From: Minisyncoccota bacterium
Lineage (GTDB): Bacteria; Patescibacteriota; Minisyncoccia; Phycocordibacterales; GWA1-40-21
Reading direction: 5' to 3'
Length of the DNA: 64,000 nucleotides
NCBI GenBank assembly: GCA_041656855.1
Contig: JBBACS010000001.1
Coordinates: 3,454-67,453, forward strand
Shown: one piece after another, positions 17,251 to 24,973 of the stretch
Layout of the letters: each line of letters starts with the position of its first letter
Numbering within the stretch: position 1 is the first letter of the stretch
Program-made: the position numbers and the translations under genes
The notes under the pieces: generated by a model
Seen by the model: the letters and a program-made list of their open reading frames with translations, nothing else
Told to the model about the DNA's origin: nothing
Database searches by the model: none

Positions 17251-17721
17251 ATGAAAATAGTTAGCAAAAGCCTTTCTGATACACAAAAAATAGCCGAGGA
17301 TTTCATAGGTAAAATATCTATGGAGGTTTATAATAATGCACTTGTTGTTGGGCTTTATGGAGATTTAGGTTCTGGAAAAACTACTTTTACTCAAGCTGTG
17401 GCAAAAATTTTTAGTATTAAAGAAGATATAACAAGTCCGACTTTTGTTATTGAAAAAATATATGATATTTCTCACCCCAGTCAAATAAAAAGCCAATTTG
17501 ACGGGGCAAGCAAAGATTTCAAAAAACTTATTCATATAGATGCATATCGTTTGGATTCTGCAAAAGAACTTTCTGCGCTTGATTGGGATAAAACATTAGC
17601 TGATTCAAGAAATATTATTTTTATAGAATGGCCAGAAAGAGTATTAGAAGTATTGCCAGAAAATCATGCAAAAATAAATTTTAAATTTTTGAGCGAGAAT
17701 GAAAGAGAAATTGAAATATAA
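17251..17721 (+). CDS. tsaE: tRNA t6A37 biosynthesis ATPase TsaE
   Basis: Walker A GDLGSGKTTF, SPTFVIEKIY, HIDAYRL. Confidence 0.85.
   Translation: MKIVSKSLSDTQKIAEDFIGKISMEVYNNALVVGLYGDLGSGKTTFTQAVAKIFSIKEDITSPTFVIEKIYDISHPSQIKSQFDGASKDFKKLIHIDAYRLDSAKELSALDWDKTLADSRNIIFIEWPERVLEVLPENHAKINFKFLSENEREIEI
17474..17506 (+). repeat. 33-nt family B palindromic element inserted in frame in tsaE
   Basis: ACCCCAGTCAAATAAAAAGCCAATTTGACGGGG; 32/33 identical to 50546-50578 in argS; encodes PSQIKSQFDGA. Confidence 0.9.
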
Positions 17722-17745
17722 ATAAAATATAATTATATCTTTATC

Positions 17746-17789
17746 ACTACTAACCTCATCTACGCCATGGCGTAGATGAGGTTAGTAGT
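17746..17789. repeat. 44-bp perfect palindrome P1 (core CATCTACGCCATGGCGTAGATG)
   Basis: ACTACTAACCTCATCTACGCCATGGCGTAGATGAGGTTAGTAGT; likely also the tsaE terminator hairpin. Confidence 0.9.
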
Positions 17790-17804
17790 ATATAATATTT
17801 ATAT

Positions 17805-18185
17805 ATGAATAAATCAAGAAGATATAAAGGTGTTCCAATAAATTCTTTTGGTATTCCAATACTTAATCCAACTAAAGAAAAAATAAAAGATAAGATTGAT
17901 AGAAGAATTTATCACGATAGTTTTTCAATAAATTTAACTAATTCTTCACCAAAGAATCTTATTGTTATGTATGATATTCCCCATGCACAGAAAAAGGAGA
18001 GAGATTGGTTTCGTAGACATTTAAAAAAGTTTGGTTACATAATGATTCAAAAAAGTGTTTGGGTCGGACCATCCCCGCTACAAAAAGATTTTTTGGAATA
18101 TGTTAAATCCATTGGTTTACTTGGCCAATTAAAATCTTTTAAATTAGCAAAATCATACACAGGTAAAGAAAACTTATTTAAATAA
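17805..18185 (+). CDS. orphan Cas2-fold (Cas2 / PaaX C-terminal-like) protein with about 50-aa N-terminal extension
   Basis: Ferredoxin-like pattern LIVMYDIP-(helix KKERDWFRRHLKKFG)-YIMIQKSVWVG typical of Cas2/PaaX_C; no cas1 or CRISPR array in window. Confidence 0.55.
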   Translation: MNKSRRYKGVPINSFGIPILNPTKEKIKDKIDRRIYHDSFSINLTNSSPKNLIVMYDIPHAQKKERDWFRRHLKKFGYIMIQKSVWVGPSPLQKDFLEYVKSIGLLGQLKSFKLAKSYTGKENLFK

Positions 18186-18204
18186 AAATATATACTATAT
18201 ATTT

Positions 18205-18230
18205 TACATCTACGCCATGGCGTAGATGTA
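18205..18230. repeat. 26-bp perfect palindrome P2 (same 22-bp core)
   Basis: TACATCTACGCCATGGCGTAGATGTA followed by GGGTGTGTTGTTTTTT. Confidence 0.9.
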
Positions 18231-18304
18231 GGGTGTGTTGTTTTTTACAAATTAGCCCTTAATCTTATTAAGAAAAATAAAGCTAAATTTGTTATAATGC
18301 ATAT

Positions 18305-20707
18305 ATGGCAAAAGAAAATAAAACTAAAACCCTGGTGTTGCTTGATGTTCATGCGATTATTCATCGTGCGTATCACGCACTTCCAGAATTTGCGACTTCA
18401 AAAGGGGAGCCGACTGGTGCACTTTACGGACTTTCAACAATGCTTTTGAAAATAATTTCTGATTTAAAACCTGATTATATTGCTGCATGTTACGATTTAC
18501 CAAAACCTACTTATAGGCACGAGGCATATAAGGACTATAAAGCTGGCAGAGCAAAAGCAGATGATGAACTTATTTCTCAATTGAAAAAATCTTATGATAT
18601 ATTCAAGGCGTTTAATATTCCAGTTTATTCAAAAGAGGGTTTTGAAGCCGATGACATGATAGGAACTATTGTAGAAAAAAATAGAAAAACAAAAGATTTA
18701 GATATTGTTATTGCTTCTGGAGATATGGACACACTTCAGCTTGTAGAAGGAGACAAGGTAAGAGTTTATACTTTGAAAAAAGGAATTAAAGATACAATTA
18801 TTTATGATGAGAAAGCTGTAAATGCACGATATGGTTTTGGTCCAAAACTTTTACCAGACTACAAAGGGCTTCGCGGAGACCCTTCAGATAATATTATTGG
18901 TATAAAAGGTATCGGAGAAAAAACAGCAACAGATTTGATAGTAAACTTTGGTTCCATTGAAGATATTTATAAAAAACTAGCTAAAGGCAAAAAACAATTT
19001 GAAGATGCAGGAATAAAAGAAAGAATAGTTGGATTACTAGAAGAAGGTGAAGAGGAAGCAAAGTTTTCTAAAATGCTTGGAACTATTCGCCGTGATGCAC
19101 CGATAGATTTTTCTATTCCAGATAAAACTTGGAAGGAAGCAGTAGATACAGAAAAAGTTATTGCAGTATGGAGTGATTTAGAGTTTAGAACCTTAGGAGC
19201 AAGACTCAAAGATGTTTTAGGACAAAAGCATAGCTTGGATTCAAGTGGAGAATTAACAAAAGAAGAAAAGACTGCAGATTTTAATGAAGGTTTGTTTGGA
19301 ACAAATATTGATCAAAATAAAGTTAAAGAGCTTTCTGTAATGCTTTGGCTTATAAACTCTAATCTTACGAACCCAACTCTTGAAGATATTTTTAATTTTA
19401 CAAAAGTAAAAAATATAGATGAGGCAGAAAAAATAATAATCGATGAATTAGAAAAGAGGGAACTTACAAAAGTTTGGGAGACAATAGAGAAGCCACTTAT
19501 TCCAATAATAGAAAAAATGCAGAAAGTTGGTGTGAAGATTGATAAGAAAGAGCTTGCGAAACTTTCAAAGATATATCATGAAAAGCTTTCTATTTTAGAA
19601 AAGAATATTTGGGATTTGGCAGGAGGGGAATTTAATATAAATTCACCAAAACAACTTGGAGAAATAATATTTGTGAAGCTCGGTTTAAAGCCAAAAAATC
19701 AGAAAAAGACTGGCTCTGGCGCTCTTTCAACAAAAGAATCAGAGTTAGAAAAAATGCGAGATATGCACCCAATAATTCCTTTTATTTTTGAATACAGAGA
19801 GTTTCAAAAACTTCTCTCTACTTATATAGATGTGATACCAACATTGCTTGATGATAATGATAGATTGCATGCGAAGTTTTTACAGGCTGGGACTACTACA
19901 GGGCGTCTTGCTTCTTCAGATCCAAACCTGCAAAATATTCCTAACTCAAGTGATTTAGGAAGAAATATTCGCGCAGCATTTATTGCAGAGAAAAATAATA
20001 TTCTTTTGTCATTGGACTATTCTCAAGTTGAACTTCGTATTGCAGCATTTCTTTCAGGTGATGAAAAACTTATAGATATTTTCAAAAATAAGGAAGATGT
20101 ACACACCGCAGTGGCCTCTGAAGTTTTTGGAGTTTCAAAAAATAAAGTTGATAAAGAAATGAGAAGAAAAGCTAAGGTAATAAACTTTGGAATTATGTAT
20201 GGAATGGGTGTGAACTCTTTGAAAGTTCAGCTTGGCTCTACTCGTGAAGAAGCACAAAAATATTTAGATGAGTATTTTAATAAGTTTAATGGTCTTGCCC
20301 GTTATCTTGAAAATGTAAAAGCTGAAACAGAACAAAGAGGATATACAGAAACATATTTTGGTAGAAGAAGATATTTTGAAGGTTTAAGAAGTAAGATTCC
20401 ATTTATAAGAGCAATGGCAGAAAGAATGGCTATCAATGCACCAATACAAGGAACAGAAGCAGACCTTATAAAACTTGCGATGGTAAAAATAGATGAGTTT
20501 ATTGTGAAAGAAAAACTTGAAGATAAAGTTAGGTTAATACTTAATGTTCATGATGAACTTGTTTATGAAGTTGCAGAAGATACTGTAGAAAAAATTGAAG
20601 ATAAACTTGAAAGTATAATGGAAAATATTATTCCAAAAGAAAAAATAAAAGGAATTGTTCTTGAATCAAAATATTCTGTAGGGAAGAATTGGAAGGAAAT
20701 GGAGTAA
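18305..20707 (+). CDS. polA: DNA polymerase I (5' nuclease + polymerase domains)
   Basis: 5'-3' exonuclease N-terminus, motif A DYSQVELR, motif B RRKAKVINFGIMYG, motif C VHDE; TGTTATAAT ends 6 nt before ATG. Confidence 0.9.
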   Translation: MAKENKTKTLVLLDVHAIIHRAYHALPEFATSKGEPTGALYGLSTMLLKIISDLKPDYIAACYDLPKPTYRHEAYKDYKAGRAKADDELISQLKKSYDIFKAFNIPVYSKEGFEADDMIGTIVEKNRKTKDLDIVIASGDMDTLQLVEGDKVRVYTLKKGIKDTIIYDEKAVNARYGFGPKLLPDYKGLRGDPSDNIIGIKGIGEKTATDLIVNFGSIEDIYKKLAKGKKQFEDAGIKERIVGLLEEGEEEAKFSKMLGTIRRDAPIDFSIPDKTWKEAVDTEKVIAVWSDLEFRTLGARLKDVLGQKHSLDSSGELTKEEKTADFNEGLFGTNIDQNKVKELSVMLWLINSNLTNPTLEDIFNFTKVKNIDEAEKIIIDELEKRELTKVWETIEKPLIPIIEKMQKVGVKIDKKELAKLSKIYHEKLSILEKNIWDLAGGEFNINSPKQLGEIIFVKLGLKPKNQKKTGSGALSTKESELEKMRDMHPIIPFIFEYREFQKLLSTYIDVIPTLLDDNDRLHAKFLQAGTTTGRLASSDPNLQNIPNSSDLGRNIRAAFIAEKNNILLSLDYSQVELRIAAFLSGDEKLIDIFKNKEDVHTAVASEVFGVSKNKVDKEMRRKAKVINFGIMYGMGVNSLKVQLGSTREEAQKYLDEYFNKFNGLARYLENVKAETEQRGYTETYFGRRRYFEGLRSKIPFIRAMAERMAINAPIQGTEADLIKLAMVKIDEFIVKEKLEDKVRLILNVHDELVYEVAEDTVEKIEDKLESIMENIIPKEKIKGIVLESKYSVGKNWKEME

Positions 20708-20717
20708 GCAAAGTAAA

Positions 20718-20745
20718 TTGACAGGTTGTTATATTTTGTTAGCAT
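20718..20745 (+). promoter_or_regulatory. sigma70-type promoter for the small-ORF pair
   Basis: TTGACA (20718-20723), 16-nt spacer, TGTTAGCAT extended -10. Confidence 0.55.
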
Positions 20746-20785
20746 TTAAATAAGTAGTTCTTAAATTAAAAAAGGGAGGTGTTTT

Positions 20786-20998
20786 ATGAAAAACCTAAGA
20801 CAGCATATAGATTTGGCTGTATTGGTTTTAAGCAAGGGAAATCTAAAATCAATAGTAGTTACCAATTTTCAAATGTGTCACGGGCATGGGGAGACAGTTT
20901 CTGAAATGATGAATCTGCTCAATGTTGAAGAGAAGAATATAGTGGAGGATAATTTTTTCATTAAGGTAAAAGAAAACAAGATATTGAAAAAAGAATAA
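20786..20998 (+). CDS. small hypothetical protein (70 aa)
   Basis: Strong SD GGGAGGTG 20774-20781; N-terminus MKNLRQHI resembles the next ORF. Confidence 0.55.
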   Translation: MKNLRQHIDLAVLVLSKGNLKSIVVTNFQMCHGHGETVSEMMNLLNVEEKNIVEDNFFIKVKENKILKKE

Positions 20999-21013
20999 AA
21001 AGGAGGTGGGCTC

Positions 21014-21217
21014 ATGAACATCAGGCAGTATATTGGCGCTCTTGAACAAAGTGGATATGGCAGGTCAAAATCAGTCGTCTATGCCATTGAAATTTTTCGC
21101 GAAGCTCTTCAGACACCGGTCAAAAATTTGTGGAAATTTTTGACCAAGGCAAGAAAGAGGATCGTTAAGAAATATTACGTTGTGAACGTAAAAAACAACG
21201 TCCTCGAAAAGAAATAA
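21014..21217 (+). CDS. small basic hypothetical protein (67 aa)
   Basis: Strong SD AGGAGGTGGG; N-terminus MNIRQYI. Confidence 0.55.
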   Translation: MNIRQYIGALEQSGYGRSKSVVYAIEIFREALQTPVKNLWKFLTKARKRIVKKYYVVNVKNNVLEKK

Positions 21218-21234
21218 GAGAGACAAATAAAAAA

Positions 21235-21253
21235 GGCGGGATAAACTCCCGCC
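21235..21253. terminator. bidirectional intrinsic terminator
   Basis: GGCGGGA-TAAAC-TCCCGCC flanked by A-run and T-run. Confidence 0.8.
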
Positions 21254-21258
21254 TTTTT

Positions 21259-22356
21259 CTATTTTTGTGATTCCAAGAATTTAATCACAGCATCATTTAT
21301 TAGAACCATTTCAACATAAGCTTTCACTCTTTCTGGATCGGCACCTTTATATTGTTCTATAAGATGTTTAATTTCTTTTTCCATCTGTTCTTTGTTTGGT
21401 TCTATTTTTTCTTCCAAAGATATTTTTTGCAAGATAAGCTGAGTTTTAGCTCTCTTTTCTGCATCAGGGTGCCACTCCTTTCTCAAGTCCTCCCAAGTCT
21501 TTTTGATATGTTTTAAATATTCTTCTGGTTGAAGTCCCATTTGTGCTATATCAGCTTTAAATTGTCCCTCCATTTTATCAAGCTCACTTTCAATGACGAC
21601 TTTTGGCATTTCTATTTTTGTTTCTGTAACAAGTTTTTCTAGCATCTTGCCTCTCTTCAGATCTTTTGCGTGAATTTCTTTTTCTTTCCCAATATTTATT
21701 TTTAGTTTTGCTCTAAAATCTGCTACGTCTTTAAAATCACCAAGTTTTTTTACAAACTCATCATTAATTTCAGGAAGTTCTATTTCATCATGCTTACAGT
21801 CAGGTCCATGGGTGTGACTTGCCCCGTGAAGTTCTGAATTCTCAGAACTTTTTACGGGGTTTTGTTCCGCGTACATTTTTCTTATCTGTTCAATCGTTTC
21901 CTCAACTTGTTTTTCAGTAACTTCCTCTACTTTTTCTTCCACAGAATTTTCTTTTTTAGCAATTTTTTTATAGTCAGGAAGTTTTACTTCTGGCATTATT
22001 GTCACTTTGATTTTGAATTCAATAGGGGAGCCAAGTGCAATCTTACTTATTGCAATACCCGGTCTTCCAAGAAAATTTACTTTTGATTCTACAAGTATTT
22101 CTATAACACAATCATTGATAGCCATTTCCCCAGCATCTTCAAGGATTCCCATTTCTCCAAATTTTTCTTTTAAAGTAGCATCAGGAACATGTCCTTTTCT
22201 AAAACCAGGAAGTTCTGCGACCTCTTTTATTTTTTTGAAAGCTTTTATTTTATAATCTTCCAAAGCCTTAGTTGTTATCTCTGCTGTTATTTCCACTTCA
22301 CAATCAGGAAGTTTCTTTGTGTCTTTTATTTTATATATTTTATCTTCATTTTTCAT
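21259..22356 (-). CDS. tig: trigger factor, short form apparently lacking the PPIase domain
   Basis: N-terminal ribosome-binding domain with PGFRKGHVP; C-terminal arm domain; 365 aa, no FKBP-like segment seen. Confidence 0.85.
   Translation of the reverse strand: MKNEDKIYKIKDTKKLPDCEVEITAEITTKALEDYKIKAFKKIKEVAELPGFRKGHVPDATLKEKFGEMGILEDAGEMAINDCVIEILVESKVNFLGRPGIAISKIALGSPIEFKIKVTIMPEVKLPDYKKIAKKENSVEEKVEEVTEKQVEETIEQIRKMYAEQNPVKSSENSELHGASHTHGPDCKHDEIELPEINDEFVKKLGDFKDVADFRAKLKINIGKEKEIHAKDLKRGKMLEKLVTETKIEMPKVVIESELDKMEGQFKADIAQMGLQPEEYLKHIKKTWEDLRKEWHPDAEKRAKTQLILQKISLEEKIEPNKEQMEKEIKHLIEQYKGADPERVKAYVEMVLINDAVIKFLESQK
21822..21859. repeat. palindromic element inserted in frame in tig
   Basis: CCCCGTGAAGTTCTGAATTCTCAGAACTTTTTACGGGG; minus-strand translation NPVKSSENSELHGAS parallels NPSQMKSQFDGAS in argS. 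Confidence 0.8.
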
Positions 22357-22393
22357 ATAAATGGCAGTTTATATTAAAAGTTAGAAAAAAGCA

Positions 22394-22428
22394 AAAGCCA
22401 AATTTTCGCTCTGAGAAAATTTGGCTTT
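22394..22428 (-). terminator. intrinsic terminator
   Basis: 14-bp stem AAAGCCAAATTTTC/GAAAATTTGGCTTT. Confidence 0.7.
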
Positions 22429-22441
22429 CTGATTTAGTCTT

Positions 22442-22714
22442 CTATAGATTATCTATTCCATTCCCTAGATTATCAAAATTCATAGAAGTAGCTGTATTTT
22501 CTATATCTACAATCTCATCTGAAAGCGTAGAGCTACTTTGTTCCATCGCAGCTTTAAATTCTCTGCTTTTTTCTATTCTTTGATTAATAAAATAAAAAGC
22601 TCCGACAAGAAGTACTATGACCACGAGAATGATTCCTATTATTGCTCCAAGGTCTTCTGTTTTTTTGTCTGTCATGTTTTTATTAATTATTTGTGCTTGT
22701 TGAAACTGTATCAC
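22442..22714 (-). CDS. small membrane protein (likely start ATG 22675, MTDKKTEDLG...)
   Basis: One TM helix; the listed start overlaps the upstream gene by 32 nt. Confidence 0.55.
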   Translation of the reverse strand: MIQFQQAQIINKNMTDKKTEDLGAIIGIILVVIVLLVGAFYFINQRIEKSREFKAAMEQSSSTLSDEIVDIENTATSMNFDNLGNGIDNL

Positions 22715-23366
22715 TTGTTGAGGCTGCTTCTTTTTCTTTTAATAATCCAACTTTTAGGGATGCAACAGTTTCAATTATTGATTTATGCGCTGTTTTTATT
22801 GCAGATTTTGTTTTTTCACTTTGTGAATTTATATTTTTTAATATAATTCTTCTTTCTGTGTTTTTTATGGTGCTTGTTGAAAATGAAGGAACTTCTTGCA
22901 CTAAAAGTTTTGCTAGATTTGTAAGTTCTGTTTCTGCAAGTGTAACGTTTATTTTGGCTATGTCTAGAAGATTTTTTGAAGCTGAAACATCAATATTGCT
23001 CGCCTCCATTTTTGATATTCTAGATTCTATTCTTGAAATTAAATCTTTTAAGTTTTGTATTGAATTTTCAAAAACATTGGCTATTTTTAATTTTTGCGTA
23101 TCTAATTTTTTACCAATTCTTATTTCTATTGAACTTTTTAGTTCTTGTTGTGTGTTTGCAGTTCCAGATGCTATCTGTTCTTTCAATATTTCTTTTTGTT
23201 CTGTGGCTTGTTGTTTAATATTTATAATTGTCTGTTTGATTGCATCAATTGTAGTAGTTGAATAAATTTCTGCAGAGGCCACCCTAGAAAGAAGAATTGT
23301 TAGAATTATTATAGAGGATAATAGATAAGTTTTTTTCATTGATTTTTGAGAATTGGTTGATAACAC
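22683..23366 (-). CDS. secreted coiled-coil hypothetical protein (likely start ATG 23339)
   Basis: Signal peptide MKKTYLLSSIIILTILLSRVASA; helical heptad-like sequence. Confidence 0.55.
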   Translation of the reverse strand: MLSTNSQKSMKKTYLLSSIIILTILLSRVASAEIYSTTTIDAIKQTIINIKQQATEQKEILKEQIASGTANTQQELKSSIEIRIGKKLDTQKLKIANVFENSIQNLKDLISRIESRISKMEASNIDVSASKNLLDIAKINVTLAETELTNLAKLLVQEVPSFSTSTIKNTERRIILKNINSQSEKTKSAIKTAHKSIIETVASLKVGLLKEKEAASTSDTVSTSTNN

Positions 23367-23401
23367 TTGTATTATATAATTGATTGATATTTATGCAAAC
23401 A

Positions 23402-23423
23402 AAAACCGCTCAAAAGCGGTTTT
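23402..23423 (-). terminator. intrinsic terminator after nusA
   Basis: AAAACCGCT-CAAA-AGCGGTTTT. Confidence 0.75.
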
Positions 23424-23431
23424 TGTTTTAA

Positions 23432-24625
23432 TTATTTTGTTTCTCCGGTCTCTTCAGCTTCGACATATTCTCCCTCTACTGAAATTATATCTATTTTCCA
23501 TCCTGTAAGTTTTGCTGCAAGTCTCACATTTTGACCACCTTTTCCTATAGCCAGTGATTGCTGATCTACAGCTACTTCTACTTCCGCTTTTTTCTCTGTT
23601 TCATCTACTGTAACAGAAAGTATTCTGGCAGGAGAAAGTGCTTCCTCAATAAACTTTTTAGGATCTGCTGACCATTCTATAATATCTATTTTTTCTCCAC
23701 CGAGTTCAGACATTACTGTAGAAACTCTTACTCCTCTTTGTCCGACTAGTGAGCCAACTGGATCTATGTGTTCATCTTTTGAAGCAACCGCGATTTTTGA
23801 TCTTGAGCCAGCTTCTCTTGCGATAGATTTTATTTCTATTGTTCCCGCTCCGAGTTCAGGTGATTCTATTCTAAATAACTCTTCTAAAAATTTTGGATGA
23901 GACCTTGAAAGTCTTAAAAATATTCCTTTTGGAGTTTCTTCAACTCTGTAAAGATAGCCTCTGATTCTTTCTCCTGGTTTATATTTTTCTCCTGGAATTT
24001 GTTCTTCAAATGGAAGTATGGCTGTTGCTCTTCCCATATCTACAAAAAGATTTCCTCTCTCAAGTCTTTGTACAATACCTGTGACGATAGTTCCTTCTTT
24101 TTCTCCATATTCATTGAACACAGAAACTTTTTCTGCCTCTCTAATTTTTTGAACAATGACTTGTTTTGCTGTTTGTGCAGCGATTCTTCCATAGTCTGAC
24201 TTTTCTTCAAGAGGGAATACAAGTTCATCTCCAACTTTTGCATCTTTTTTAATTCTTTTTGCATCTTCAAGAAAAATATGATGTTCAGGATTGTAATAGA
24301 CAATTTTTTCTCCATTCTCGTTTACTTCTACTTTTTCTTCTTCTATTCTTCTTGATCTTTTGAATCTTTCTTCAGCTTCAGTGTCTTCTTTTTCTTCACG
24401 AACAACAACGCTGTCTTTGTCCACAACAGTTTTTACTTGGATGAATTCCATTTTACCAGAAGCTAAATCTACTTTTGCTTTAATTATTTGGCCTCTTTTT
24501 CCGTATTCTTTTTTGTAGGCGGTGGCAAGAGCCATTTCAATAGCCTCAAGCATTTTGGCTTTAGGTATTCCTCTTTCTTGTTCCATTTGTTCTACCACAG
24601 AGTTTATTACTTTTAGGTCTATCAT
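23432..24625 (-). CDS. nusA: transcription termination/antitermination factor NusA
   Basis: S1 domain (IVTGIVQRLERGNLFVDMG), two KH domains (VGQRGVRV, IGKGGQNVRLA). Confidence 0.9.
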   Translation of the reverse strand: MIDLKVINSVVEQMEQERGIPKAKMLEAIEMALATAYKKEYGKRGQIIKAKVDLASGKMEFIQVKTVVDKDSVVVREEKEDTEAEERFKRSRRIEEEKVEVNENGEKIVYYNPEHHIFLEDAKRIKKDAKVGDELVFPLEEKSDYGRIAAQTAKQVIVQKIREAEKVSVFNEYGEKEGTIVTGIVQRLERGNLFVDMGRATAILPFEEQIPGEKYKPGERIRGYLYRVEETPKGIFLRLSRSHPKFLEELFRIESPELGAGTIEIKSIAREAGSRSKIAVASKDEHIDPVGSLVGQRGVRVSTVMSELGGEKIDIIEWSADPKKFIEEALSPARILSVTVDETEKKAEVEVAVDQQSLAIGKGGQNVRLAAKLTGWKIDIISVEGEYVEAEETGETK

Positions 24626-24667
24626 GATGATTTTCTTAGCGAACGATAGTGAGGTTAGAAAATCATC

Positions 24668-24702
24668 ACCCCGTCAAATTGTATTTTCATTTGACTGGGG
24701 TG
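24668..24702 (-). repeat. family B palindromic element (short form)
   Basis: CACCCCGTCAAATTGTATTTTCATTTGACTGGGGTG on plus strand = family B motif in reverse orientation. Confidence 0.85.
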
Positions 24703-24742
24703 GCTCCATATTCTTACCACCGTTCAATTAATTAATAATGTG

Positions 24743-24800
24743 ACCCCAGTCAAATACTTGCTACGCAAGTTTTTCGCTATACGCGAAAATTTGACGGGGT
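24743..24800 (+). repeat. family B palindromic element (58 nt, with nested hairpins)
   Basis: ACCCCAGTCAAAT...ATTTGACGGGGT; loop carries ACTTGC-TAC-GCAAGT and TTTTCGC-TATAC-GCGAAAA. Confidence 0.85.
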
Positions 24801-24898
24801 TTAGAAAAATATAGTCGCTATACTCCTTATTTTTCTAAAAAAACGAGCCCGCCTTTCGGGCGAACTTCAATAAACACATATTATCAGTATTTAGTCTT

Positions 24899-24927
24899 TT
24901 GTCAATTGTCTATATCTTTGGTACAAT
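24899..24927 (+). promoter_or_regulatory. candidate promoter for the 1271-aa gene
   Basis: TTGTCA, 17-nt spacer, TGGTACAAT extended -10. Confidence 0.5.
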
Positions 24928-24973
24928 ATTCGGTATAACTTGTCGTTATTTAATAACTTTATCAATTTAATTT

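Larger units (their letters stand above)
24626..24835 (-). promoter_or_regulatory. highly structured nusA leader: 46-nt conserved module, two family B hairpins, start-codon-abutting hairpin
   Basis: Minus strand: module (24835-24790), ACCCCGTCAAAT...ATTTGACTGGGGT (24800-24743), CACCCCAGTCAAAT...ATTTGACGGGGTG (24702-24668), GATGATTTTCT...AGAAAATCATC (24667-24626), ATG. Confidence 0.6.

Noticed and set aside
17746-18230. Possible CRISPR array next to the Cas2-fold gene
   Set aside because: There are only two intergenic copies of the repeat. They are perfect palindromes flanking a gene rather than regularly spaced repeats with spacers, and no cas1 or other cas genes are present.
22693-23265. 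190-aa plus-strand ORF
   Set aside because: It is antisense to the signal-peptide-bearing coiled-coil gene at 22683..23366. Its Phe/Ile/Cys-rich composition is typical of AT-rich antisense frames.
24847-24861. Minus-strand terminator preceded by a TTGACA-17-TAATAT promoter (a very short transcript?)
   Set aside because: The stem is only 5 bp. The region is also read as a plus-strand promoter (TTGTCA-17-TACAAT) around a GACAATTGTC palindrome. The evidence is too weak to call a small RNA.
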